A stretch of DNA of 64,000 nt from an uncultured Acidobacteriota bacterium (GCA_963796275.1 CAWCKY010000006.1:480001-544000), one strand, 5' to 3'; positions 35,504-46,248 are shown, counted from the stretch's first letter. Program-made: numbers and translations. Notes: a model not told the origin generated them from the sequence alone.

Positions 35504-35520
35504 AGCAACCATTATTCCAA
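35504..35520 (-). promoter_or_regulatory. Sigma54 -24/-12 promoter of TBDR1
   Basis: TTGGAATAATGGTTGCT (GG-N10-GC). Confidence 0.75.
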
Positions 35521-35713
35521 TCAACAATAGTAATCGGTAGCTGTTTAAATTGCGGTAACATCTCGCTTATTGGATTTCAGAAAAGGCTCGTCTACTGGTA
35601 TGGATTCAAATAAACCAAACAAAATTCATATTCTCGGATTTTTTTGGAAGCGGGTGAAAATAACTTGTCGACGCAAGCAAATTCTATCTTTCGTTGCAAT
35701 CTGGACAAGCCGT

Positions 35714-37132
35714 TCATCGCCGCGGATCGGCAACAGGTGCCGTTCGCCGATACCAGACTATATGATCGCCATCGCCGGGATTATCTGAATAAATCGCAGT
35801 TCGGTAATCAATCGATTTCATCGGACGGGCAATTCGAGTAGTGCATTGTTCGATAACAGAAGTCCACCATCCCGCAACAAGCCTTCGATGTTCGCCAGCG
35901 CCAGGCTCTGCTCGAACACATCGTAGTAGACCAAAATGTTGGTGGCGATGATCAGGTCCAACTCCTGTGGCGCTGCCATACGCTGATAGACGACGTTCAA
36001 ATCAATGGGCGTGACGCGTGCAGCAACTCCTGGCGCAATGCGTACAGCGCGTATCTTCAAATCACTCAAACCGGCCGGCACGGCTGTTGGTGCCGTAGGT
36101 TTGCCGATGAGCGCCGAAGGTTTCCCCGTATTTCTCCAGTTCAGGTTTCCATTTTGTTCGCGGATCATGTGGAAGTTGCACGGTATAGGGCAGGCCGCGT
36201 CGTGCTCGCCGGCACGCCCGCGCCAGGTGATCGAGAACCCGTGGATTGAGGTCGAAAGCTATGAGCTGCAACTCGCCCGTCTTGGCCAGCCCCAGCCGCT
36301 CGAGCGAATCGATCAAAGCGAAAGGCTGAATTGTCGGTTCTGGAAAAATGGTAGCCGTCAGCTTTGTCAGTGAAATCGAGTCCCGGCCCGATGACTCCCT
36401 CTTTGCGCACGCTTCCTGCCGCAATCAGCCCGCGCGATTTCATCGCCTTGAGCGACTCCTCGATCGCAAAATTTGGCGAGAGCGTGGTATCGAGTGAGAG
36501 GCCGCGCTCGCGATAGAGCTTCGAACGTTCTATGAACTCCTCGCTCGCATTGCCACCCGATCGCGCGGCGGCGATGGTCCGCGTGTAGCTCTCCTGTTCC
36601 CTGAGAGTGCGCTGCAGGTTGGCGAGAATGTATTCCCGCAGTCTGGCGCGGCCTTTAGTATCGCCGGGTTGATAGCCCTGCTGTATCACGAGTTTTCGCA
36701 GACTAAGCAGCTGGTCATTGTTGACCGGAACTTTGGGAGCCGCGAAGGCCTTTATCAGATCGCCAATTCTCGCGTTGAGCAGCTTGTCGAAAGCTTCCTG
36801 CGTTTGCGCTTGCTGCCGTTCCGCCAGAACCTGCGACGTCACGCGCGGTTGTTTGGTGAAGGAGACGCCGAAGAGCAGAAAGTTGATCCGCGTATCTTCA
36901 GCGCCGCGCCGTAAGCGCGCGCGCACGGCCTCGTCCCGTGCTTTACCCATTCAGGCCAAACAGCGGCCTGCGCCTCCGCGGGTTTGCCCTTCAATTCAGC
37001 CGGAAGAACCTCATCGAGCGATTGCAGCAGCGGTCGGGCCTCCTCGTAGGTGAGGAATCGGGTTTGAGGCTTTGACTGCTGGAGCGTGGCGATGGCAGCG
37101 GTGAGCGCCAGGGAGAGAAGGGCCTGTGACAA
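35714..37132 (-). pseudogene. Class I SAM-methyltransferase-like gene with about 4 frameshifts
   Basis: Consecutive fragments in different frames carry a signal-like N-terminus, VIGPGLDF, FDLNPRV, DLIIATNILVYY and GDHIVWYRR; shifts near 36955, 36345, 36112 and 35825. Confidence 0.6.
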
Positions 37133-37195
37133 GTCAATCCTAACAGTTGTGGGGAAATGTTTTCTCAGAAAAGATTTGATCTAACTGCATTGAAT

Positions 37196-37231
37196 CAAAA
37201 AAGATTGGGGAGGCAAAAAATAGCCTCCCCA
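37196..37231 (-). terminator. Intrinsic terminator of TBDR2
   Basis: TGGGGAGGC/GCCTCCCCA stem followed by a U-rich tract on the minus strand. Confidence 0.7.
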
Positions 37232-37257
37232 GTATGCAAGTACAAGTAGCGCAGATG

Positions 37258-40200
37258 CTAAAAGATCAGTTTCAGCGCCATTTGAATGTTACGGTTTCCG
37301 TCCTTCCGAGAGCGAATCACACTCTGCGTGGAGGCGTCCAGCTCATTTCCGAGGATGAAGGCGTTTGCGTGATTGAAGGCGTTGTAGAACTCCGTCCGGA
37401 ATTGCAGCCTGAATCGCTCATTCATCTGGAAGTTCTTGTAAAGCCCCATATCCAAATTCCACGAGCCTGGCCCACGGAATAGATTCCGCCCGATCATATT
37501 CGCGGGATAGGGACCTACTTCGGTGGTGCCGGTGATCGGGTTTGTGTAACTGGCAAACATCCCCCCCAGGTCAAGGTAGGTGAAGGTCCCAGGCGTGTTC
37601 GGATCCTGCGCAGGATTAGCGGATCCCTTTCGCGGAAGATCACCAGCCGCAAATGCACGCGGGCAGGCCGTGATCCCATCGGTGCAATCGAAGAAGGTGA
37701 ACGGCGTGCCGGCTCGTGCCGTGAAGATCGGCGCAATCTCCCAACCGTCGAGGATATGTTTGGTGACGCCCTTCGTCCCTTTTGCAAACGGAACATCCCA
37801 AATACCGCTCACGACGAATCGGTGTCGAATGTCGAAGTCGGCATTACCGCGATCCAGCGCTGGATTGAACGGATCGAGCAGACCTAGGTTGAAGTTATTG
37901 TTTATTTCACTGAAAGTGGAGCTGAGGTTGTCAATTGCGTGGCTCCAGGTGTAGTTGGTCGTCAGCCGCAGCCCGGAGTCGGAGAAATTGTTGATGTTCG
38001 TTCGCACGTTGAACGCATGATAGTCAGAGAACCCCCGACCGGCCCGATTATTGAGGTTCGTGTATCGCGTGGTGCGTAGCCGCGTACCATCCGTGCCGGG
38101 TGTGAACGGATCGCCCAGGTACAGGTTGCCGGATCCTAACCTGTTAGGATCCTCGATCGAGTAGAGCTTCTCGCCCTTCGATCCGGAATAGTCGACCGCT
38201 ACCACTACATTGCGCATTACCTCGCGCTCAAGCGATGCGCTAAAGAGGTAGGCGTAAGCAGTGCGGATATTCGGGTCTACGTTGCGCAGGCTCGTAGGCG
38301 GCAATGGGGTTGTTCCGGAACTGCCCGCCAGCGGACCGGCAACATTGGCCGTGATTGGAATTGTGCCGCCGATGTCTGCCGGGAGCACGGAGACCACCGC
38401 ATAGTTGGGCGGGTTCTGGATTACGTTGAAGGTGACGTTGCCGAAGTTACGCTCATAACCGATGCCGAAACCGCCGCGCAAACTCGTCTTGCCGTCGCCG
38501 AAGACGTCCCAGGCAAAACCAATCCGCGGAGCGAAGTTATTAAAGTCTTTCCTCCACAGTCCCTTGATCGGACTGTTCGGGACAGTGAACACATCGCCGT
38601 TGCGGATGCTCATAAAGACATTATCATCATCAGATGGATAATAGTTCGAATCGAAGTTCGGGTCTTTGCTGTGTTGGACGCCGAAATACTCCCAGCGCAG
38701 CCCCAGGTTGAGCGTCAAGCGCGGCATGACGCGCCACGAATCCTGCCCGTAGAAAGCAAATTCGTGATATCGGTTGCTGCGGCTGAAGTTAGGTTGTGAG
38801 ACCGGCAGCGTGACACTGCAGCTCGGATCCGGCGTCGGGCCGCAAGGGAACTTGCCCTGCGGATCAATCGCCCCCTGGTATCGTGCCAACTGGCCCAATA
38901 GGAAATTGTTCAACCCATCTTGCAATGTGTTGGTGCTTAAACCGGCAGAAGGATCCGAATAAGCGCCGAAGGTGCGGTTATCCCGGATGTAGACATAAGA
39001 GCCGCCGAAACGGAAATTGTGTCTCCCTTTGGTATAACTGATATCCTGGTAGCCTTGGAGAAGGTTTTGCGGTCCGCCAAATGGAATGCCGGAACCAGGG
39101 CTGAAAGGCAAATAGCCTGGCAGCGCCGTCAAATCGCCAAGTACGGCCAGTGGCACCGTATCGCGAAAGAAAAGCGTCGGTACCGGCGCTCCCTGAGGTT
39201 GGAAAGTGTTCAAGCGGTTGAATACGATCTTCGACTGGGAGACGAGTTGTGACGAGATGGTACGCGTCAGCGAGAGTACGAAGCTATTATTGGTAGTATT
39301 CTGGCCAGTATCAAAGCCGACATAAGGGCTGTCGGAGACCGAGCCGTTAAACAATGCTGAGCGCTCCAGCGCGTAACGCCCGTAGAGTTGGGTCTTTTCG
39401 TTGATATTCCAATCCATCCGGCCCACCAGGGTGTAAGTATTCTGCGGATCGCCGCCTCCCGAATCGGACGGGAAGTTATAAGCCAAACGGTTGAAAATTG
39501 GCGTGGTGGGCGTGATGAGAGAATCGCAGGCAGATCCTGTAGCACATGGATCGGAGCCTCCCGGTGCATTGATCAAGTCCTGCCGCGTGATGGTACGGAG
39601 GGTTGTGACCCCAGGCTTAAGCTGTCCGAGCGTGTTGAAGAAATTCTGCGTGGCCGGAGCGGACAGACTAAGTAGTTGCGGCGACGGTACGACTACAAAT
39701 CGCGTGTCGTTGCTGCGCACGCGCAGAAATTCGGTGCTCTGGAAGAAGAGCAGTTTATCCTTGATAGCAGGGCCGCCAAGCGAGTAGCCGAACTGGTTGC
39801 GCGTGTAGACGGTCTTCGCCTGTCCATTGGCGTTGTTCAGGAAGCTGTTGCTATTAAGGTTCGAGTAGCGGCCAAACTGGTATGCCGTACCGTGATACTC
39901 GTTGGTGCCGGACTTGGTCACCACATTGACGACTCCGCCAGAAGCGCGGCCAAATTCCGCCGTGAAGTTGTTGGTGAGGATGCTATATTCCTGCACCGCA
40001 TCGAGCGGAATTGTCTGGCCGACAGTGGTGTCGAACTCATTATTATTGGCCGCGCCATCGAGCAGGATGTTGGTGCCGGCCGCGCGCAGGCCATTGATCG
40101 ACACGCCAGCGCCGCGTTGGTCGCTCGGTCCGCCATCGGAGACGTTGCCCGCCGTGAGCACGAAAGCGTACGGATTACGAGTAACGCTCGGCAGTTCGGT

Positions 40201-40686
40201 GATCTTTTTGCTGTCAATCACCTCGCCGATCGTTTGCGTCTCAGTGTTGACCTGCACGCCCGCGCCGGCTACAACTTCAACCACCGCCTGTGTTGTTCCC
40301 ACTGCTAATTGAATGTCAGCGGTGACTCTTGAGCCTACTGTCACCTGCACGCGCTTTTTGATCGCGGCAAAGCCAGAAGCTTCAATAGTGATCTCGTATA
40401 AGGTGGGCGCCAGATTCGTGACGACATAGTTGCCTTGCGAGTCGGTTGTAGTGCCACGCTCGGCCCTTGTTCCCGTGTTGACAATCGTGACTTTGGCGCC
40501 GGCGATTGCTGCGCCATTGGGATCGGTCACAGACCCGACAATCTGACCCGTCTCGGTTTGCGCCTTGACGATCAGAGGTACAAAGGTGCTGAGCACAGTC
40601 CCTAGCAGCAGACAGATGGCGGTCAGATGCACCGCCTTCAACCGCCCAGAGTTCCATGTATTCAGCTTTGGCCTTGGGATTTTCAT
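37258..40686 (-). CDS. TonB-dependent receptor, Oar-like (TBDR2)
   Basis: Same architecture: FTAEFGRASGGVVNVVTKSGTN, NNFAPRIGFAWD, C-terminal LKLIF. GGAGG RBS before ATG 40686. Confidence 0.93.
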   Translation of the reverse strand: MKIPRPKLNTWNSGRLKAVHLTAICLLLGTVLSTFVPLIVKAQTETGQIVGSVTDPNGAAIAGAKVTIVNTGTRAERGTTTDSQGNYVVTNLAPTLYEITIEASGFAAIKKRVQVTVGSRVTADIQLAVGTTQAVVEVVAGAGVQVNTETQTIGEVIDSKKITELPSVTRNPYAFVLTAGNVSDGGPSDQRGAGVSINGLRAAGTNILLDGAANNNEFDTTVGQTIPLDAVQEYSILTNNFTAEFGRASGGVVNVVTKSGTNEYHGTAYQFGRYSNLNSNSFLNNANGQAKTVYTRNQFGYSLGGPAIKDKLLFFQSTEFLRVRSNDTRFVVVPSPQLLSLSAPATQNFFNTLGQLKPGVTTLRTITRQDLINAPGGSDPCATGSACDSLITPTTPIFNRLAYNFPSDSGGGDPQNTYTLVGRMDWNINEKTQLYGRYALERSALFNGSVSDSPYVGFDTGQNTTNNSFVLSLTRTISSQLVSQSKIVFNRLNTFQPQGAPVPTLFFRDTVPLAVLGDLTALPGYLPFSPGSGIPFGGPQNLLQGYQDISYTKGRHNFRFGGSYVYIRDNRTFGAYSDPSAGLSTNTLQDGLNNFLLGQLARYQGAIDPQGKFPCGPTPDPSCSVTLPVSQPNFSRSNRYHEFAFYGQDSWRVMPRLTLNLGLRWEYFGVQHSKDPNFDSNYYPSDDDNVFMSIRNGDVFTVPNSPIKGLWRKDFNNFAPRIGFAWDVFGDGKTSLRGGFGIGYERNFGNVTFNVIQNPPNYAVVSVLPADIGGTIPITANVAGPLAGSSGTTPLPPTSLRNVDPNIRTAYAYLFSASLEREVMRNVVVAVDYSGSKGEKLYSIEDPNRLGSGNLYLGDPFTPGTDGTRLRTTRYTNLNNRAGRGFSDYHAFNVRTNINNFSDSGLRLTTNYTWSHAIDNLSSTFSEINNNFNLGLLDPFNPALDRGNADFDIRHRFVVSGIWDVPFAKGTKGVTKHILDGWEIAPIFTARAGTPFTFFDCTDGITACPRAFAAGDLPRKGSANPAQDPNTPGTFTYLDLGGMFASYTNPITGTTEVGPYPANMIGRNLFRGPGSWNLDMGLYKNFQMNERFRLQFRTEFYNAFNHANAFILGNELDASTQSVIRSRKDGNRNIQMALKLIF

Positions 40687-40857
40687 AGATTCACCTCCAT
40701 TGGGAAGAACCATTTTTTTATCGAGACGACGGTCATTTACCGACCGCGGGTGTTTATCTGATATTCATTGTGGGTTGTTGGATATGAGTTTGTAAGAACT
40801 CAAACATATGATCAACCATCTTTAGATTTTGATGTAATTCAGCTTCGTTGAAAGCTA

Positions 40858-40874
40858 CGCAATTATGATTCCAA
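40858..40874 (-). promoter_or_regulatory. Sigma54 -24/-12 promoter of TBDR2
   Basis: TTGGAATCATAATTGCG. Confidence 0.75.
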
Positions 40875-41156
40875 TTAGATTGATGAGTTTCTAAAAATTT
40901 AGTTAAGCGATCCGATGGTAATATTATTTATCGTAAAAAATAATATTATCTATAAAGGGGCGAATGCAAAAATTTTCAATATTGTAATCAGAATCTTGGA
41001 TTGGTTTGCTTATCAGGCCAGATGTTGCTACGAGAAAATGAACTACTTTCCATAATTTCGTATGCACAAGGGAAAAATACTGAAATTTTTATTGCGATCC
41101 AAGCTACAAACTATTGAGTTGAGATGAGCTACCAAATGTGGAAATAACAAACGTCC

Positions 41157-41173
41157 CTGGAATGATGCTTGCG
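41157..41173 (+). promoter_or_regulatory. Sigma54 -24/-12 promoter of TBDR3
   Basis: CTGGAATGATGCTTGCG. Confidence 0.78.
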
Positions 41174-41403
41174 TTTGTTTAAGGTTGTGTAGGTTTCCGA
41201 TTCAATTACAGACTCCTAAAAACAAGATTACACATTGATAGGGGATAGAGGTAAAGAAATCTCACAAACCGCAAGTAAAGCTTGCCATTTCCTACGGCCA
41301 GGTCATCTCTGCCAATTGTTCCGAGTTGTTTGGGTGCCCAGCGAGCGGAAAAGCAAGTTAGTAATGGGATAGATAAGTATTTTAAAGTGAAAGGATAGTT
41401 AAT

Positions 41404-44400
41404 ATGAAAATGTTATCAAGCATAATCCCTGCAGCTCTGTTGTTATGCTTGACATTGCTCACGACTATGGGCAATGCCCAAACTTCGACCACGGGATCGA
41501 TTGAAGGCACGGTGGCCGACGTCGCCGGTGCCGTCGTACCGGGAGCGACCGTCAAGGCGGTGAGTCCCAACTTGATTCAGGCCCGGTCCGCTGTCAGCGA
41601 TAGCCAGGGACGATACCGGTTCGCGAATCTTCCGCCAGGCAAATACACATTGACGGTCGAGGCTGTGAGCGGTTTTGCCAAGTTCGAGCAGGCAAACGTG
41701 GACGTTTTCCTGTCGAAGACGACCGGATTTGAGATCAAGTTACAAGCTCCGGGAACCTCCGCTACCGTTGAAGTCGTGGCAAGCGCGACTCCCGCCATTG
41801 ATTTGAGCAATAACACGACGGGAACGAACGTCACGAGCCAGCAGTTCACCAACTTACCGGTACAGCGCACGGTGCAGTCGCTCTATACGATCGCGCCGAC
41901 GGTTTCGCGTTCGGGCCTGCGCGATCCTTCGGGACGCGACCGCGACCCGTCGGTCGGCGGCTCGTCCGGTCCGGAAAATAACTATATCCTCGACGGCATC
42001 AACACGACCGACCCGGCCTTCGGCGGCTCAGGTGCGAACCTGCCATTCGAGTTCGTCCAGGAGGTGGAGGTCAAGACGGGCGCCGTTGGAGCTGAGTACG
42101 GCAATACGACCGGCGGCATCTTCAACGTCATCACCAAAAGCGGCACCAATTCGTATCACGGAGACGCTTTCTTCTATGGTAATCCGTCGAGCTTCGTACG
42201 GGAGACCAAATTCTTCTCCTCTACCGGCGCGGCACAGAACGGGTTTTCGGATCTCGATGGAGGCTTCGACCTGGGCGGGCCGATCAAGAAAGACAAGCTC
42301 TGGTTTTTCGGCGCCTTCAACCCGCAGCGCCGCGAGAACAACTACCTGACACAGACCCTTCGCCAGGATGTTAGCAACACGATCAACTCGCAGTTCTACG
42401 CCGGCAAAATTACATACGGGGTCAATCAGAATCACACGGTGACCTTCTCGACCTTCGGCGACTTCGCGAACATGAAAGGGTTTTTGCAGACCGGCACTCC
42501 GGCCGACAGATTCGACAGAAACGGCTTCGGCGCGGACCCGAACAGCTTTAGAGGCGAGCGCCAGACCGGAGGTCACAACTACTCGGTTCGCATGAATTCG
42601 ACCTTCTCTGCCAACTTCATCGGCGAGTTCGCGTTCGGGCTGCACTACGGACGCGTCAATACGATCCCCGACCAGGGCGTGGCGGGAGTCGCACAGGTAA
42701 CCGATTCCTTTGCAGTTTTGCAATCGGACGGCACGGTCGCGCCCGTCACGACGACCGATATCGCCTTCGCGGGCGGTCCGGACGACCCGACCACAGATGA
42801 CGTTGACGAGTTCAGAGCCAATCGGGGATTACGTCTGGGTTATGTCGACGCCGACGGTTTGTTGCAGCGCAATTATATCCGCCAGGGATTCGGGCTATTC
42901 GGTCCCCAGGACCGCAACCGTTGGGAGCTCTCGGCCAAGTTTCAAAACAACTTCGGCCGTCACACCTTTAAGTATGGGTTTGCATATAGCCGCAACATCT
43001 ACAACATCACCTCAACCTCGACCGGGCCCGCACAATCGTTCGGCAACCCGGATGGCCTGCGACTTGTCGGCGGCCCGGATAACCTGGATATAACGGGCTC
43101 GCGGGTTACCAATAGCTTCGGCGTGTGCACTACTGGTGGTGGTCAAATCATCTGTCCGAACGATACCCTCACTGCGTATGCAACAGCGATTGCCGCGCGT
43201 GCCGGTTATGCCGGAGCGATGACCGGAGTAGTCTCGACCGATGATTTCATCAATAACCCATTCCTGTTGCTGACCAGCGTGCGTGTTCGCGACTTCAAGA
43301 ACATCGCGGACACACATACCAATGTCCAGAGCTTCTACCTGCAGGATGAGTTTAAGGTGACGCGCAATATCCAGCTGACCGGCGGGTTGCGCTTCGACTA
43401 CCAGCAGGGCATCGGGAATGGCGGCGTGGAGTATATCAAGCTCAACCAGACCTTCCAGAACATGCAACCGCGTCTCGGTCTGAGCTGGGACTTCACCGGC
43501 AGCGGCCGCGGTAAATTCTTTGTCAATTATGCCAAGTTCCTTGAGACTCCGATTCCGCTCGATTTGAACGTCCGCGCGGGCAGCGTTGACAGCCAAACGG
43601 ACAAAAACTTCAATGTTAATCAGTTAGGTGCTCCGGACGGATCGAATATTGTGCCGGGCATCCGTAGAATTGGGTTCGTCGTAGATGCAAATGGAGACAA
43701 CATACTAGATGCAAATGGAAACCCCATCCCGCTACCAAATAATCTGTCAACCGGAGCGGTCAATCTTGGCGCCTCGCCGACGCCGATCGATCCCGGTCTG
43801 CGTCCGCAGACAGTCCACGAAGCGACGATGGGTTTCAATTACGAGATCGCTCGCAACATGACGCTTGGGCTCCGTGGCATCTACCGGGCGCAGGGAAATG
43901 TGATCGAGGACGGTTCGTTTGACGATGGCGACAACTACTTTCTCTTCAATCCGGGCCGCAGATATGCAGGGTCTACCGAGGAGTTGGCTTGCAGCGATCC
44001 GACGATCGGATGCTTCGGTCGCGCTCGCCGTTACTACCGCGGGCTCGAGGTCACGGCCACGCGGCGCTTCGCCAACAACTGGCAGCTCTTTGCCTCTTAT
44101 GTCTGGTCCAGCCTGATCGGCAACTACGAAGGGCTGTTCCGTAACGACAACGGGCAATCCGACCCAAACATCACATCGTTGTTCGATCTGGTCAGCCTGC
44201 TGAATAACACCTATGGGCGGTTGCCGAACGATCGTCCGCACCAGTTCAAGTTTGACGGCACCTATCGCTGGCCTTTCAAACTTACGACCAGCGTTTCGTT
44301 CCGCGCCCAGTCGGGCATTCCGTTCGATGCGCTGATTCCGCATCCGGTCTACGGCGATGACGAAGGATTTGATGTGCAGCGCGGTACGGCGATCAACCCG

Positions 44401-44667
44401 CTGACCAGCAGTAGCAGCACGCCGAAGACCTATAATGTGGATCTCGGCCTTGCCTATCCGTTCGCGGTCGGCGAGGGCAAGGAGTTCCGCATCCAGTTCG
44501 ACTGGTTCAACCTCACCAATCCGCAGCGTTCGGTCCGTCAGGATATTTCAAAAGAGATCGGCAGCGGAGTGGATGGCGTGCCGAATATTGCCAACCCGAA
44601 CTTCGGTGAGGGCATAATCTTCCAGCCGCCGTCTGCGCTTCGCGTGGGGCTCAAGTTCTCGTTCTAG
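41404..44667 (+). CDS. TonB-dependent receptor, Oar-like (TBDR3)
   Basis: ENNYILDG, EVEVKTGA.GAEYG..TGGIFNVITKSG, GNYEG..RNDNGQ.DPN, C-terminal LKFSF. Confidence 0.93.
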   Translation: MKMLSSIIPAALLLCLTLLTTMGNAQTSTTGSIEGTVADVAGAVVPGATVKAVSPNLIQARSAVSDSQGRYRFANLPPGKYTLTVEAVSGFAKFEQANVDVFLSKTTGFEIKLQAPGTSATVEVVASATPAIDLSNNTTGTNVTSQQFTNLPVQRTVQSLYTIAPTVSRSGLRDPSGRDRDPSVGGSSGPENNYILDGINTTDPAFGGSGANLPFEFVQEVEVKTGAVGAEYGNTTGGIFNVITKSGTNSYHGDAFFYGNPSSFVRETKFFSSTGAAQNGFSDLDGGFDLGGPIKKDKLWFFGAFNPQRRENNYLTQTLRQDVSNTINSQFYAGKITYGVNQNHTVTFSTFGDFANMKGFLQTGTPADRFDRNGFGADPNSFRGERQTGGHNYSVRMNSTFSANFIGEFAFGLHYGRVNTIPDQGVAGVAQVTDSFAVLQSDGTVAPVTTTDIAFAGGPDDPTTDDVDEFRANRGLRLGYVDADGLLQRNYIRQGFGLFGPQDRNRWELSAKFQNNFGRHTFKYGFAYSRNIYNITSTSTGPAQSFGNPDGLRLVGGPDNLDITGSRVTNSFGVCTTGGGQIICPNDTLTAYATAIAARAGYAGAMTGVVSTDDFINNPFLLLTSVRVRDFKNIADTHTNVQSFYLQDEFKVTRNIQLTGGLRFDYQQGIGNGGVEYIKLNQTFQNMQPRLGLSWDFTGSGRGKFFVNYAKFLETPIPLDLNVRAGSVDSQTDKNFNVNQLGAPDGSNIVPGIRRIGFVVDANGDNILDANGNPIPLPNNLSTGAVNLGASPTPIDPGLRPQTVHEATMGFNYEIARNMTLGLRGIYRAQGNVIEDGSFDDGDNYFLFNPGRRYAGSTEELACSDPTIGCFGRARRYYRGLEVTATRRFANNWQLFASYVWSSLIGNYEGLFRNDNGQSDPNITSLFDLVSLLNNTYGRLPNDRPHQFKFDGTYRWPFKLTTSVSFRAQSGIPFDALIPHPVYGDDEGFDVQRGTAINPLTSSSSTPKTYNVDLGLAYPFAVGEGKEFRIQFDWFNLTNPQRSVRQDISKEIGSGVDGVPNIANPNFGEGIIFQPPSALRVGLKFSF

Positions 44668-44719
44668 GACGACCAGTTCAAAAATACCACCCAATTTGAT
44701 GGGTGGAAGTTTCATCCGC

Positions 44720-44761
44720 AGGGAGAAGCGCTGGAGATGGCGCTTCTCCCTCTTTTTTTTT
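44720..44761 (+). terminator. Intrinsic terminator of TBDR3
   Basis: AGGGAGAAGCGC/GCGCTTCTCCCT stem followed by a T run. Confidence 0.85.
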
Positions 44762-44810
44762 ATCATCTTAGTTGTCACTCCACCGGAACCATCTAACGGG
44801 AGGTATATCT

Positions 44811-45857
44811 ATGTTGCTTCTTTCTGGCTCTGTCGCTGCTCGCACTCGACGCCCGGACCTGCTGAAAGCGCTGCTGTTCCTGCTCTTGATCACTCCCATC
44901 TCGGCCCGCGCTCAAAGCGGCGGCAGATTCGACTCGGTCGGGACCGGCGGGGCTCATACCATTCAGGGCCACATATACCTGCCCACCAGATATCAGACGG
45001 GCATGACGATTATCGTTAAACTAGATAGCACAAATGCCCCCAGCCTATCGGTCGTCGCCGACCAGAACGGGACGTTCACTTTCGGAAGTCTGGAGCCAGG
45101 CTCTTATGACGTGACCGTCGATGCCGGCAATGATTTCGAGATTTTTTCCGAGAAGATCACTATTGACCGGGAGCTGAGAGACGGCGGTCCGCGCACCATC
45201 AAGGTTCCGGTCTATCTGCGGCTGAAGACCAGGGTGTCGACTGTTGCCGCTGAGAAGACGGTCGATGCATTGCTTGCGAGCGTGCCGAAACCGGCCCTCA
45301 AACGCTATAACAAAGCGAAGGAACTGGCACAGGCCGGCGACAACCGGGCGGCCATCGAGGAGTTGAAAGGCGCAATCTCTCTCCACGCAGAGTTCGCCTA
45401 TGCTTATAACGAACTGGGTGTTCAGTATATGAAGCTCGGTCAGCTCGATCAGGCGATCGAAGCGCTGCGCCAGGCGGTGAAACTTGCGCCGGCGGCCTTC
45501 AGCCCGCGCCTCAACCACGGTATTGCACTGCTTAACAAGAAAGAGTTCTCCCGGGCCGAAGAGGAATTGCGGCTGGCATTGAAGAAGGACGCTTCGGCGC
45601 CGACCGCCCATCTCTATCTGGGCATCGCGCTGATCAGCCTGCGAAATCATGACGATGCTGAAAAGGAGTTGCAACTCGCTGTTAGCCAGGGCGGCGACGA
45701 GATGAGTTTGGCCCATTACTACCTGGGCGGCATTTACTGGGGCAGGCGCGAATATAAACGAGCGGCCGATGAGTTAGAGACCTACCTGCAGCTGGCCCCT
45801 CAGGCCCCCGATGCTGAGCGGGTCCGAAAGACAATTCAGGAGCTTCGCAGTAAGTAA
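44811..45857 (+). CDS. Exported protein, carboxypeptidase-regulatory-like domain plus TPR repeats
   Basis: GGGAGG RBS, signal peptide, D.NG.FTF..L.PG.Y.V.V, TPR motifs AYNELG, AHLYLG and AHYYLG. Confidence 0.85.
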   Translation: MLLLSGSVAARTRRPDLLKALLFLLLITPISARAQSGGRFDSVGTGGAHTIQGHIYLPTRYQTGMTIIVKLDSTNAPSLSVVADQNGTFTFGSLEPGSYDVTVDAGNDFEIFSEKITIDRELRDGGPRTIKVPVYLRLKTRVSTVAAEKTVDALLASVPKPALKRYNKAKELAQAGDNRAAIEELKGAISLHAEFAYAYNELGVQYMKLGQLDQAIEALRQAVKLAPAAFSPRLNHGIALLNKKEFSRAEEELRLALKKDASAPTAHLYLGIALISLRNHDDAEKELQLAVSQGGDEMSLAHYYLGGIYWGRREYKRAADELETYLQLAPQAPDAERVRKTIQELRSK

Positions 45858-46182
45858 GGAGCCGATTGATATCCGATAATTCGGTCCGAGCGAATGTCAG
45901 CCCAGAACGACGGCCACAGCGCAGACGAGTTTCATGTCCCGCCCTTTATATCGTTCTGCGATTTCCACCACAAAATAACGCTGACACACAGAGTAATCAG
46001 CCACATTTGTTAAGTCCTCCTGATCAGAAAATATACCTGATCAGAAAAACTAATAGGATTGTTGAAGTTGCAGCTCGCTATGATCTTCCAGAGGTAATTA
46101 AAATTTGTACGAGAATTTGAACAGGTTTCCATATTTTCGGAATTATTTAATTGCTTAACGAGGTAGACCATTCTTAAGTCCA

Positions 46183-46195
46183 TAAATTATTGATT
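46183..46195 (-). promoter_or_regulatory. IHF consensus site
   Basis: AATCAATAATTTA matches WATCAANNNNTTR, 37 bp upstream of the sigma54 motif. Confidence 0.55.
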
Positions 46196-46231
46196 ATAGG
46201 TATTATTTTTTGTATTAGATGAAGAATTAGA

Positions 46232-46248
46232 CTGGAATGTGGATTGCA
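46232..46248 (+). promoter_or_regulatory. Sigma54 -24/-12 promoter of TBDR4
   Basis: CTGGAATGTGGATTGCA. Confidence 0.78.
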
